In this document: in pieces, positions 11,820 to 23,557 of the stretch
Layout: every line of letters starts with the position of its first letter
Numbering within the stretch: the first letter of the stretch is position 1
NCBI GenBank assembly: GCA_000934665.2
Contig: JYFJ02004212.1
Coordinates: forward strand, 1-33,878
Direction of reading: 5' to 3'
Length of the DNA stretch: 33,878 nt
Source of the DNA: Catajapyx aquilonaris
Lineage: Eukaryota
Position numbers and translations under genes: made by a program
The notes under the pieces: generated by a model
The model's input: only the letters and a program-made list of their open reading frames with translations
Told to the model about the DNA's origin: nothing
Database searches by the model: none

Positions 11820-12598
11820 GTAATAGTGGACTTGACTACGTCAGCAAACAAGTCACCTCCACAAGTGGGAGATTCATCTTTGCAAGAGAATGACACCCAT
11901 GCTTTTTGCTCAAAAAGCATGGATGTCATTCTCTACTTGAGAAGAGTAGCTACAAGCCTACAACCCGTGCCTCCTGAGCTGCATAGGTAATGTCTCCACT
12001 ACCGTCTACCGGAATTATTTCAAGTTACGCGTCATGGCCAAATCCTTCATCCCTCTAGCGGCGACGAGTAATAATGGCAAAGATGGCTGCGGCCACCCGG
12101 AGAGAAGCGGCGTGTAAGCTGGTCGGGTTTTCAACCCGAGCTGTACCCGCCCCGGGTTTTAGGACGGCAGGCAAGGATGAGGCGGGGTTGAGGACGGAGG
12201 TGATGGATAAAGCGGCGCGAGTGACTTGACCATGCGGGCAAGTGTCCACGGGATACTACTTCGAGACCACCTTCGTATAATCCGGAAGAGGAGGAGAAAT
12301 ATCTTGCCCTCACTTTGCCCCTATCTTGGCCGCCTGTGACCTCGGATCAGTGGAGGACGATGAGTCAGAGGTAGGAGCCTGAAAGGACGACATCACGAGA
12401 TGGAGAGGAGTGTTGTGCATACTTGTAATAGTGGACTGGACTATGTCAGCAAACAAGTCACCTCCACAAGTGGGAGATTCATCTTTGCAAGAGAATGACA
12501 CCCATGCTTTTTGCTCAAAAAGCATGGATGTCATTCTCTACTTGAGAAGAGTAGCTAGAACCCGTGCCTCCTGAGCTGCAGGTAATGTCTCCACTACC
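11820..12598. repeat. ~180-bp direct duplication (copies ~11820-12004 and ~12425-12598) in a GC-richer block
   Basis: Near-identical GTAATAGTGGAC...AATGTCTCCACTACC copies about 605 bp apart. Confidence 0.85.
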
Positions 12599-13307
12599 AG
12601 AGAGTCAACTCCAGCAGCTGCTATCAAGGCAGCGATCCTTGGGAGATGCCAAAACCTCATCCCCAGACCGCACTGGTCAGGAAGTGCAAGAGGGGTGTCC
12701 CTATGGCCAAGAGTGCAGGATGGAGGAACAGGTACCGTAGTAATTGGAGCAAAGACTGGTCATGTAACAAGCATAAATTGCAAGAAATTTTCAGGACGGA
12801 CATATCAATGTTGTTAATTAATTTAATAAACTTGCATTAAGGGAGATCAGGGTCAGTTGTAACAGGGAATGGTTGTAACATCGCCAATAATAAATACGTT
12901 TGGAAGGCCCTTAAGCTGAAACTCACACAGTATGTGTCACTATGATCTCTAAGCCAGGCAAAACTTTGGATACTCTTGTTGGTTTTTGGTTTTTTATGGG
13001 GGGAAAAAAACGAAATCAAGGTATGTTCCCAACTTTTTTGAGTGGCAGTAATCAAGTGATTATGCCGAGGGTAGAGGTGTTATTGAATTGCCCTTGGTAT
13101 CCTGAGAAAGGTTCCTTTAGTGGGATCCCACCGACAGTATGGATGACCAAATCGTGTGCACAGTTAAAAAGTAGTAAGCACATCTACAAGAGCACATCTA
13201 CAAGACAACACACAATGGGGACGGTTGTAACAGCTTCCTTGGGGTCAATATTGTAACATGGTAAAATCATGAGAGAAAGGTCGAGTCTGCGTATTGATGC
13301 CCTACAT

Positions 13308-14936
13308 CCCAGTTAGCACAATGATATATTTCCCATATCTCTGCTAGACCCGAGGCTAGACCTCTGAAAGTGCTGAATATGTCGATCAGATGTCTAGCAG
13401 ACAAGCATACGTCACAGGTTTAGATGTCTACATGATATCTATTGTATGTATGACATATTGGGTAGACAAATACCAGACCATATCTAGATATCTACTAGAT
13501 GTTATACCCAGACATCCAGTATGGCTTGGATTCTGTCGTTGTACTTACGGGGCTTCGTAAGTCATACCTGCTATAACAGAACGACTTGCGAAGCGAGGCT
13601 CTGTAAACACCATGAGAATGCAAGCCATACTGGATGTCTGGGTATAACATCTAGTAGAGGTTGGTTGCTTGCGTCGGCACTCCGTATAGCTAATAGTCTG
13701 TTCCCTAAGGGCAAAAATCAGGCCTAACTTTGCATTTTGTGATAAGAAGGTGCCACTTGGCACATATGTTCCCTAGGCCTATAGGAGCAATTCCAGTGTT
13801 GCAGGCAACTGATCGGCCCCTGAGGTCACGAGTTATGCGGTGTTGCCAACATGGCCGGGGATGACCTGAGCGTTTTTAACGTTGCATTTTGTGATAAGAA
13901 GGTACCGCTTGGCACATATGTTCCCTAGGTCTGTAGGAGTCGGTTGAGAGATGGCGGCACTTGATCGGCTCCTTAAGTCAGGAGTTATGCGGTGTTGCCA
14001 ACCTGGTCCTGGACCTAAGAGTATTGAACCATTTTTAACTTTGCATTTTGGGATAAGAAGGTGCCACTTGGTACATATGTTCCTTAGGCCTATAGGAGCA
14101 ATTTCAGAGGAGGCAACTGATCGGCCCATTAGGTCACGAGTTATGCGGTGTTGCCAACCTGATCAGGGAACTAAGCGTTTTAACTCGGCACTTTGTGATA
14201 AGAAGGTGCCACTTGGCAGACATGTTCCCTAGGTCTATAGGATCCATTTGAGAGATGGCAGCACATGATCAGCTCCTTAGGTGAGGAGTTATGCGGTATT
14301 GCCAACATGGTCCGGGACCTAAGCATAACCGCATAACTCGTGACCTAAGGGGCCGATCAGGTGCCACCAACTCTCAAATTGATCCTCTAGGCCTGGGGAA
14401 CATGCTTGCCAAAATCCCAAAATGCAAAGATAAAAATGGTTCAAAACACTTAGGTCCAGGACCAGGTTGGCAACACTGCATAACTCCTGACCTAAGGAGC
14501 CGATCAAGTGCCGCCATCTCTCAAACGACTCCTACAGACCTAGGGAACATGTGTGCCAAGCGGCACCTTCTTATCACAAAGTGCAAGGTTAAAACGCTTA
14601 GGGCCCGGACTATAAGCCTCATTCCAAAACCAAGACTGGGCCAACACACTATAGCTGCTACGCCACACTATACTATGCAGATATGGCCGGCTCACAGCGC
14701 CGACAGGCGGGCGGTTGGGGTGAAGTTGTGGGGGTGGAGGTCAGGAGGTGGGGGCGGACAGGCGCAGTAACTACGGAATCTCTAGGCGATGTCTTGGCTC
14801 GCGTCATTTATCTTTGAGCCTTTGTTCCAGATTTTCCTACCTATATACGATGTCTAGTAGATGTGCATGTCATCCGATTTTTGGTAGATGGACAGATATC
14901 TAGATGATATTACTTAGAGGTGGCGTGCTACCTGGG
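13308..14936. mobile_element. EnSpm/CMC-like MITE (CCCAG...CTGGG termini, possible 2-bp AT TSD)
   Basis: TIR CCCAGTTAGCAC / GTGCTACCTGGG; repeated AGATGTCTAG/TAGATATCTA subterminal motifs on both arms. Confidence 0.65.
13694..14612. mobile_element. Foldback element built from ~150-160-bp satellite units (about 4 forward, about 2 inverted)
   Basis: TTGCATTTTGTGATAAGAAGGTGCCACTTGG recurs near 13731, 13882, 14041 and 14188, then inverted from ~14330; ends TAGTCTGTTCCCTAAG / CTTAGGGCCCGGACTA. Confidence 0.75.
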
Positions 14937-15456
14937 ATATCTCACAAGATATTGAGAGTAGAAATAGTTATTATTTTGTGCAATGCCTCTTATAACCAGT
15001 TTATCGAAAATTTATATGAATAAAAAATCAATTTTCTTGTAATACTTATGGGCTGAATAAATTCCTGTGTATTGAGAGAGAGGCTGGATCAAGTAGGCTA
15101 TAGGACAATTGTCGAGAAGATGAGTGGGTGTAAATTGTTCTTCCATATTAAATTTTCTCCGTTACAATCGACCCTGCCCTCTGTTACAACCGCCCCTATG
15201 ATGGGGTTGGTTGGAACACACTGCCTTGCTGTGGAAAAATATTTTTAAATCGATCAATTTTTAATCTTAAGATTTTATAATGTGATTTTAGAAAGAGGAA
15301 TGTTGCCTTATTTCCACCATGTCAAAAACCTTTGCCTAACCTAAATGCATATGTAACTGAATTTAAAAATCTAGACTAAAAAGTGTTACAACCGACCTCG
15401 ATCTCCCTTTCTACTAATGACCAATGAACATGAGATGATGCAAAGATCACAATGTA

Positions 15457-15597
15457 CTATCAGTCCACCAAGAATTGTCGTAGCAGCAGCTCACGAACTA
15501 CAGTTACGAGCACTTCCGGGGGGAGAAGTCAATGGAGAAGTGCTCGTAGACTGTAGTTCGTGCGCTGCTGCTACGACAATTCTTGATGGACTGATAG
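15457..15597. mobile_element. 141-bp hairpin MITE, TA-flanked
   Basis: ~55-bp near-perfect inverted arms CTATCAGTCCACCAAGAATTGTCGTAGCAGCAGC... Confidence 0.8.
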
Positions 15598-16138
15598 TAC
15601 TGTAAAATATGGATCTGAAATGCTAACATAATTTTCTAGAACTATTCCAAGTACTTCCATTACAGATGATAAAATTTTTTCACTCTTGTGCCTTAAACAT
15701 TGTCTTCTGGAGAATGCCTTGAGGAGCCATTCGTGGGAGCAGTGATCATAATTATGTTCAGCTAGGCATATTTTGTGGTATGTAAATAAACTCCTGCTCC
15801 TTGTTGAAATGTACATCATGAATAACATTATTGCTAATTTCTGCACAGGTAGTTTAAATTTGCTGCATACATCCAGTTTACCACGTGAAGCATCATGAGT
15901 GGCTTGGCAGAGGCAATAAGGAGGTTATATCAGCACGTGCTGTGAAGAGCATCCAGGACCATATGCAGGCTTGAAGTCAGGAGGAAGATTCAGAATGATG
16001 GTGGCTGTTGTATGGGAAGGTAATGATTGGGATGCTTAGGCAAGAGTGGTAAAAAGTCAGTGAAGAGGAGGGTTGGGAAAGTTTTTTTATTTATTTGAGT
16101 TGGGAGCAGCCAAACCAAAAAAGACTATCTGACTATAA

Positions 16139-16839
16139 CAGGGTTATTCAACTAGTTTATGACAAGGTGATGTACTTGTTCTTTCCTCCAGTTGGCGTAG
16201 AACTCAGGGTTGTTGGAGCAGCATCAATCGTCAACAGCAGCCTCAACTTCTGCATTGGAGCTGTACCAATTGCCCTTCATCAGGTGTGTCTCCATTTTGG
16301 GAGGAGTCACAAGGCGCAAGTTCTGGGTTGTATGCCGGATGAGGAAGCGCAGGGAATTTGAGTCTATGGAGAAGATGTCGTGCATGTTGAATTCCTGACC
16401 AGTCGCAAAACTGTGAATTCTGATGTGCACGTGGACACTCGGCGGAGGTTTTGGGTATGAGTGAACAGGATGCCCCCAGGAAAGGAGGTCATTCTTCACC
16501 ATGAGTTCACACTGTGGATGCCTTCCATGGACTAAATTTCCCTGTACTTCCTTATCTGGTGTATACAGCCCAGATATTGTGGCTTGTGACTTCTTACTTT
16601 TCCCAAAAATGTAGGCACACCTGAAGGGCAATAGGTAAAGCTCCAATGAAGATGTTGAGGCTGCTGTTTGCACTTGATGCTGCTCCCACAGCTCACCAAT
16701 GGGAGAGAAGAACTAGTACAGGACAAGTGCACTGCTGTTGGTGGTGATTATGTATAAAAGTAAATGTGTGGTTTTGAAGAGAGAATTTTTTCAGGCGGTT
16801 CACAGGACAATGTGGGTAACTTTCATTTGAAGTTACCTG
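16139..16839. mobile_element. Decayed mariner transposase 3' fragments in inverted orientation
   Basis: Plus strand YSPDIVACDFLLFPKM*AHLKGNR*SSNEDVEAAV...KCTAVGGDYV; minus strand YNPELAPCD...PKMETHLMKGNWYSSNAEVEAAV; YSPDLAP is the mariner signature motif. Confidence 0.75.
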
Positions 16840-17518
16840 CATTGTCCTGGGACATGTATGACATATTCTATGTCAATGTTCCCTCCCCAAATATCCCTAT
16901 CCTTTCCCATTGTCCCTGTTTCCTTGCACCGGAGAATGAAGTTGAAAATATATATATACAGAAAAACTGATGGTGGTATGCCACCCCCCTATAGCACCCG
17001 TAAGGCTCATCACGGGGTAAACAAAATAAAATATTCTATGTCTATGGGGGCAAAAATTATCAGCATGCCCTCATAATTCAAATGTGCTTATTTTGGATCT
17101 GCTTTCCATTTTTCTGTATCATGTAAAGTTTTATTGCATGATATGTGATCATTTGATTATAAAAACAATTGCAAATAAGGTAGACCTGTGTAAGTGAAAC
17201 CTCAAAAATCAGTAGTTTGGGTTTAAACTCCCCTAAAATTGTCGATTATTTATTTTATTAGATTGGATGTGACTCTCTCGATGTGACCATAGTGGGTGGT
17301 AGCTGTAACTTTTCTATGCAAGTGCACATAAGTAAGAAAATCCTAACTGTTCAGTAAGACCTTTTCCTTGGGGAAATTTACATCAAGTACATTGGGTTCC
17401 ACTTGCATTTCAATGTAGGGTAATTGGGACCTGACCCTGAATTACCTGTATAACTGTCCAAAAATGATGCAGGGGCAGGTGGGCATTTCAAAATGTAAGA
17501 CCTCATTTTGTTTCTTAA

Positions 17519-19084
17519 CTCCTTGAACCCCTGCCGCCTAGAATCTAGGTGCTGAGAACTCGACCACCAGGTACCAGCTATACCCGCCACCGCCTAGTTT
17601 TCTGCTTACTCGTACACTGAAGTTACGAACAAGATATTTGACAAATAATAACAGCTCTACTTACCCATTCAGGGAAAATGTTATGAATGTGTTGAAAGCA
17701 ATTTCCCTCCCATAGAAGTCCGTAAATTAATTTCCAAAAGTAGCACTGTAAAAACTCGAAATTAGAGTACTGCCAGCCAACTGTTAGGTTGATTTAGTTA
17801 TGAAATACGTTAAAATATACGGAATAACAATTTTGAGAAGGATGCCAAATGGATTTGCTGAAATCGTCGTACTTTTCGAGAAACAAGTATATTTGGGAGT
17901 AATCCGAAGTGACAGGCAAGTTGCAGAAAAGTATTAATTTATTTCTCGGAAAGTACAACGATTTCAACAAAGTCTTCTGGCATGATTATCAAGATTGTTA
18001 TTCTGTATATTTTAACGTATTTCATAATTAAATCAGCCTAACAGTTGGCTGGTAGTACTCGGATTTTCATACAGTAAAACTTCTATGAGTCAAATCTCCA
18101 TGGGACCGGGAAAAAACTTTGAGTTATAGAAGATTCGAGTTAGAGAAGTTTGGATTTTTTAAAGCACGGAACTCTATAAGGAAGCCTACCTTCATATCCA
18201 GCGACGAAAGGTGTTCAAAACTTAAAAATATTTGTCACTATCACACTTACAATGTTCCTCGTTTTGTTGCAAAATAATCTCCGTTATGGACGTTAGCCTA
18301 CTCTTAGATTCAAGGATTCAATTGTCACAATCGAGTCAAACACTTCTTTCGCTGCGCCTGGTAGACGGAGGTCAGGAAATTGAGATTTTCTGTGGCCTAC
18401 TCTTGACCCTTCCGCTGGGAAATGAGCAAATTTGCCGTACTCGCCAACATGAACTTCGGCTTAGGGAGACTGAAAATGCATTGATATCCCATCGTAAGGC
18501 CCTGCCTGCACTTCGAGTTATGGAGAACTTCGAGTTATAGAAATTCGAGTTAGGGAAGTTTATTTCTTATTCTTTTACATTGTGACCAACCAAGCTCATC
18601 ATTTTCTTCGACTTAGGGAAGTTCGATTTATAGAAGTTTTGCTGTATTTTACAGTGATCTTTTTGGAAATTAATTTACGAACTTATAGCCAAGGAAAATT
18701 GTTTCCAATACATACGTTGTGTTTTGCATGAACGGGTAAGTATAGCTGTTACTATTTGTAAAATATCTTGCCCTTACCTTCAGAGTACTTGTAAGTTGAA
18801 CAGGAGGGAGAATCTAGGCGGATATCTAAGCGGAAATATAGCGGGTATATTGTGTGGCGATCTTTTTGGAAATTAATTTACGGACTTCTCTGGGAGGGAA
18901 ATTGCTTTCAACACATTCATGGCGTTTTCCCTGAACGGGTAAGTAGAGCTGTTGTTATTTGTAAAATATCTTGTTCATATCTTCAGCGCACGAGTAAGCG
19001 GAAAACTAGGCGATGGCGGGTATAGCTGGTACCTGGCGGTCGAGTTCTCAGCGCCTAGATTCTAGGCGGCTGGGGCTCAAGGGG
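17519..19084. mobile_element. piggyBac-type non-autonomous palindromic element with TTAA TSD
   Basis: TTAA|CTCCTTGAACCCC...GGGGCTCAAGGGG|TTAA; inverted arms over 200 bp; internal palindrome 17765-18060. Confidence 0.85.
18072..18644. mobile_element. pogo/Tigger-like MITE nested in the piggyBac-type element
   Basis: TA|CAGTAAAACTTCTAT...ATAGAAGTTTTGCTG|TA; repeated TTCGAGTTA subterminal motifs. Confidence 0.75.
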
Positions 19085-19665
19085 TTAAACAACCAAATTT
19101 CTAGGGAACTTTATAGTGACCCAATGAAATAGGAAAGGAAATGAGAGACTTTTGTCTTTTGGAACATGCTGATAAGCATGTTGGTTTAGGCGAAACAAGT
19201 ACAATTTATCAGTCTTTCAAAGACAGCACTAGCACTGTAAGTCTTTTCACACCACCCCTAAGCCCTTTTACTTTTTAAATGCAAAGGATTCTGGGCCTCT
19301 GGGAAGACACTGTTGGAAAGTAATATGGCAAATGAAATTATGGGGTCTAGGTTTGCATTCTATGTGTTTAGATTCCACATGCTTCCAGATTGAAAAATCG
19401 CACCTCATATCCGCTTTTCCACAGAATTGCCCCTAACTCGCTTCTTCCCCCGCTTCACTTATGCTCTTGCATACACCATAGCTACCACTATCCTTGCATG
19501 GATGCATTTGTCAGTTATTGGGGACACTACATACTTCATATCCCACATGAAGAGCCATAAAATAAATAGTCATTGTTGTTTTGGCTACCATGATTAGTTT
19601 CCTGGGTGATTTGTTTGTCAACAAGTGAAATTTCTGGCAGACTGGGCAGACTGTTCAAAAGCAGA

Positions 19666-20426
19666 ATGGCTTCTTACATGCACCGCATACGCATGTGGCT
19701 GCGGAGGGGACCAAAAAATGTCGCCAACAGCCACTACTGGGGCCCCACCGAGTCAGAGACCACTGCATCCGGGTCAATGGAGGAAAGCCAGTCGATCCAG
19801 GAAGTTAACCTGAACATCCTGCCAACTGGCCATGACAACATTCCCCGGCGCCTCATTGCTGAGAGGACTGACAGCGGGGTGACCATAACCACAGCACCAT
19901 CCACTTATCGGTTCACAAAGAAGAACCAAAAGAACGTCATCACCCTGGTGTGCACTTCAACTGGTCCAGTAAGCAGTGTGTCGGTAAGTTTGTAAAAATT
20001 ATAATAAAGATGTTTGGTGCATTAATTTGTTTTGAATTTCAGGTGGTCATTGATGGCTTGGAGGTTGCCTTGTCTAAAATGCCACACTCTGAGGCTAACA
20101 TCCCAGTGCATGATGACATCGTTGTCACTACCACTGGAGTTCATGGAACCGTCGAGAACGTGGCAGTGGAGGGGATTGTGATCACTACCCGTGGGAAGCC
20201 CAGGAGCCTTGCTGCTGCCAAGCGACAGGGCATGAGGTTCTTCCAGACCAAAAAGAACTCGAGGAAACCTTTTGGCGAGGTACGGTATAGAATCACATTG
20301 ACTTTTTGAAGTAGACCTACCAAAAAGTTAGGGACAGACATATTGGTATTTATTGACAGACATATTGGAATTTGTCATCATATTCTATTATTTTATTTTA
20401 AGGAAATAAAGTACAATACAATATAG
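19666..20426 (+). CDS. Orphan spliced gene of unknown function (~192 aa); exons 19666-19983, 20043-20279 and 20403-20426
   Basis: Two GC-richer ORFs joined in phase 0 by a 59-nt GTAAGT...TTTCAG intron; second intron GTACGG...TTTTAAG; an acceptor at 19640 hints at an upstream exon. Confidence 0.6.
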
Positions 20427-20450
20427 CTGTTCGCAGGCCATAGAGGTATA

Positions 20451-20562
20451 CAGGGTGACGCAAATGTTGGACACACAGGTAATTGTATTGTTTTGTTGAC
20501 AACTGTCAACCTGGCAACCAACAATATAATGACGTATCTCTCCAGACTTTTGGGTCACCCTG
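20451..20562. mobile_element. Tc1/mariner-type MITE
   Basis: TA|CAGGGTGAC...GTCACCCTG|TA. Confidence 0.75.
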
Positions 20563-20615
20563 TAGTTTTGTCTGAGCCAATCATCAAGGCCATTTCAATA
20601 TTTCACCCACACTAA

Positions 20616-20810
20616 AGCCTGTTTCACACTGGCTGAGTTTCTCGTACGGAAAAATCCAGCCCGACTCTGTTGGAGAAAATTGAAAATCGGCTGATATTTC
20701 AAATCCGCATGGTGACGTCACAAACTGGATCGGAGACGAGCCCCACAGTGACTTAATTTCTCGTCCAGAAATATCCTCATCGGAGAAACTCAGCCAGTGT
20801 GGAACGGGCT
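20616..20810. mobile_element. PIF/Harbinger-type MITE with TAA TSD
   Basis: TAA|AGCCTGTTTCACACTGGCTGAGTTTCTC...GAGAAACTCAGCCAGTGTGGAACGGGCT|TAA. Confidence 0.85.
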
Positions 20811-21143
20811 TAATGCTGCGATAGGTCAGAATGTGTCTTGTGACGAGCGAGTTGTCATTTGTGCTGAAATTTTAGTTCCCTATTTATTGCTACACTTTAC
20901 AGCCTCATTATGATTTTGAGACATCTTTATTTGTGGGTTCGACATCTTGGTATTATCAACAGGCCATATGATGTCAACTCGCTGCATGATCAGTTGTCAT
21001 TGATGTATTGGCTTAGAGTTTGGAGAGCACAAGCTGACCTGGTCACAAAAATGTGGTTTACTTCTGAATATTACTACTTATTGCTAGTAAAATATTTGCT
21101 CAAACTACTGTTAGCTAATTTATCATATTATGTGGTTGTAATA

Positions 21144-21319
21144 AAGGGTGACTCAAAAGCCTGGACCTCGGTCTGGACACACAGGTAATTGGATTGTATT
21201 GTTGGTTGCCAGTTGTCCAACTCCCAACAACCTACCAGTTGACAACCTGCTAGTTGGCACAGCTGGATACCAACAATACGATCCAATTACCTATGTGTTC
21301 AGACTTTTCGGTCACAATG
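21144..21319. mobile_element. Second, longer copy of the 20451-20562 MITE family
   Basis: Shared GGACACACAGGTAATTG and CAGACTTTT.GGTCAC termini. Confidence 0.65.
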
Positions 21320-21807
21320 TATTTTAACAGCTATTGCGATTTCAATCAAATGTTCTTTTCAGCTGATGTTACATTTCTATTGTTCGCTTCTAAAGGCCAG
21401 CTCTACCCCCACAAGATTCAGGTTCAGGTACAGATCAACATTATTTTGTTATTTATTGTTATCTCATTGTTGCCAACAAATAATAACGAGAGTAGACCCA
21501 TACCTGAACCTGATTCTTGCATTGGTGCAACAGGCCCTAAAACTGGAGATTCTTCCAGCTTTTTAAAATTGGTTTCTAAAGTTACGTAATGTTAGTAGCA
21601 GGGAACATCATTATTGGTAGCTGTTAAGAACTTTGGTAGAGGGAATAAATATGAGCACACATCCACGTTTAAATCTATATTTAAAAATATCCCCATGTAT
21701 GCCTTGTTGGGTTATGGGGGAACTATAAGTATAGTGCACTTATACATGTTGATAAAAGTACTGAAGTAAATATTGTTTCAATTTAGGAGGCCATGTCATC
21801 ATCGACT

Positions 21808-22119
21808 GAGATGTAGGATTAGAGAGCTTTGGAAGCCTGAAACATGTGGAATCAAGCTGGCAAAAATTAGTGACAAGTAAACAATGAACTAGAAGAAAAA
21901 AAACGCATCGTCGTCTGAGATGTAGGAACATGGAGCTGGTGGTGGGTGAAACCTGTGGAATCAAGCTGGACAAAAATTAGTGACAAGTTAACAATGAACT
22001 AGAAGAAAAAAACATAGTCATTTGAGATGTAGGACCATAGAGCTGGTGGTGGGTGAAACATGTGGAATCAAGCTGGACAAAAATTTGTGAGACGTAAACA
22101 ATGAACTAGAAAAAAAAAA
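21808..22119. repeat. Three tandem copies of a ~108-bp unit
   Basis: GAGATGTAGG...TGTGGAATCAAGCTGG...ACAATGAACTAGA(A)n at ~21808, 21917 and 22024. Confidence 0.9.
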
Positions 22120-22478
22120 TCGCAAAATCACATTAAAATAAAAAAAAAATTATTAAAAAATTAAAAATGAAGCTGAAGTTATTTCTTAAACAGGTTTTTA
22201 GGATGAGCACAAACCCACGACCTCATTGCTTCACAATGTTATACTGTATTTGTATGTTGCTTTTTCTTTCGCATACTCTCAACTGGCATGGTTTGTCAAG
22301 TTACATGCCCATGGTCATTACAGATAACGTTAAATGGGTGTTTCAGTAAATTATCATCACAGGGGTCAAAATAATGAGATGCAAAGGTGCAGTTTGCAGT
22401 CCAAAATGGTTAATCTGCACAGTCGAGCCTTTTAACGCAGCTAAATACAGTAATTAAAAATAAAGCACTCTGTGAGTA

Positions 22479-23255
22479 CAGTGGAGCATCGATTATCCGA
22501 ACAGAGTTTGCCAAGGGGGTGTTCGGATAACTGATTGTTCGGATAACCGATCATTTACGGAAAAAAATTATACAGGTCTCATAGGAGCAATATGAAACTA
22601 AGAAACAGTGATAGTGACCACAAAACTGTATATTTTCTGTCACAGGCACATCTTAAAAATACTGTACATATACCTGACTGTCCTTACATGAAGTAGTCCT
22701 ACAGTTTAGGGGGGGGGGGGGGNNNNGGGGGGGAAATGCCAATTTCTTTTGCTTGAGAGCCGAGGCTCGTTTTTCGGCGGCTAAATCTGCACCGCCACAG
22801 CACTAGTGGCCACTAGTGGAACCACATAGCGTGTTTTTTGGGTTTTTTTTGTGTGTGTGTGTGATCAGACATTGCTATCCTTGTGAGGATATTTTTCGCA
22901 AGTTTCCTATCCCTGTGAGGACCGAAAACCTTACGAGGACTTTTTTCAGGCCCTCATATTGTACACAGTCCTCACAAGGATGGCGGAAAATCAAACCAAG
23001 ACCTCCTTTTTACTGTGAAAAAATAGGTCACCAAAATTTCGTGTGTATTTTGTAGGTTAGGTTAGGTTAGTTTAGGTTAGTTTAGGTTAGTTTTGGTTAG
23101 TTTTAAATTTTTATTTTTGCCAGACCCTCACAAGGATAGCACTTTATAACATGTGTGTGTGTGTGTGTGTGTGTGTTTTTTTTTTTGCCGACCCGAAAAC
23201 GTTCAGTTAACCGATGGTTCGGTTGATCGGTGTTCGGATAATCGATGCTCCACTG
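22479..23255. mobile_element. pogo/Tigger-like MITE with a nested insertion
   Basis: TA|CAGTGGAGCATCGATTATCCGAACA...TGTTCGGATAATCGATGCTCCACTG|TA. Confidence 0.85.
22864..23151. mobile_element. MITE inserted in a (TG)n microsatellite with an internal (GGTTA/GTTTA)n tract
   Basis: Inverted TGCTATCCTTGTGAGG / CCTCACAAGGATAGCA; (TG)n on both sides. Confidence 0.7.
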
Positions 23256-23557
23256 TAATTTGCACTGGGATGACATTCAGGAATGCAAACTTTTCACCTG
23301 GACAAAAAATTGAACATTTGACCCTTGTCATCACAGAACCGGATCTCAATGAACATGCGAAGAACAATGGAAAAATCCAAAGTGGTCAAGCATAATCGAG
23401 AATAGCAAAATTTTGCAAAGAATTCAATAATTGTAATGTTCTCATATCTTCAAAATGGATTGCCATTTTATGTGCATTTATAACTATTGGTGCGGGATAT
23501 AAAGTGGATATAAAATGGCCCCATTAACCATTGCATTATGTGCTAGGGTATGCAAGT

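Larger units (their letters stand above)
12841..15407. mobile_element. Outer MITE with 24-bp TIR GGGAGATCnnGGTCnGTTGTAACA, host of two nested insertions
   Basis: Left GGGAGATCAGGGTCAGTTGTAACA and right TGTTACAACCGACCTCGATCTCCC; internal GGTTGTAACA/TGTTACAACC motifs; no clean TSD. Confidence 0.7.

Noticed and set aside
13833..14770. ORFs with repeated peptide motifs; CRISPR-like periodicity
   Set aside because: They are translations of ~155-bp satellite units; no unique spacers, no cas genes, and the context is eukaryotic
22708..22733. Long G-run as a G-quadruplex
   Set aside because: Contains Ns; the homopolymer length is an assembly uncertainty
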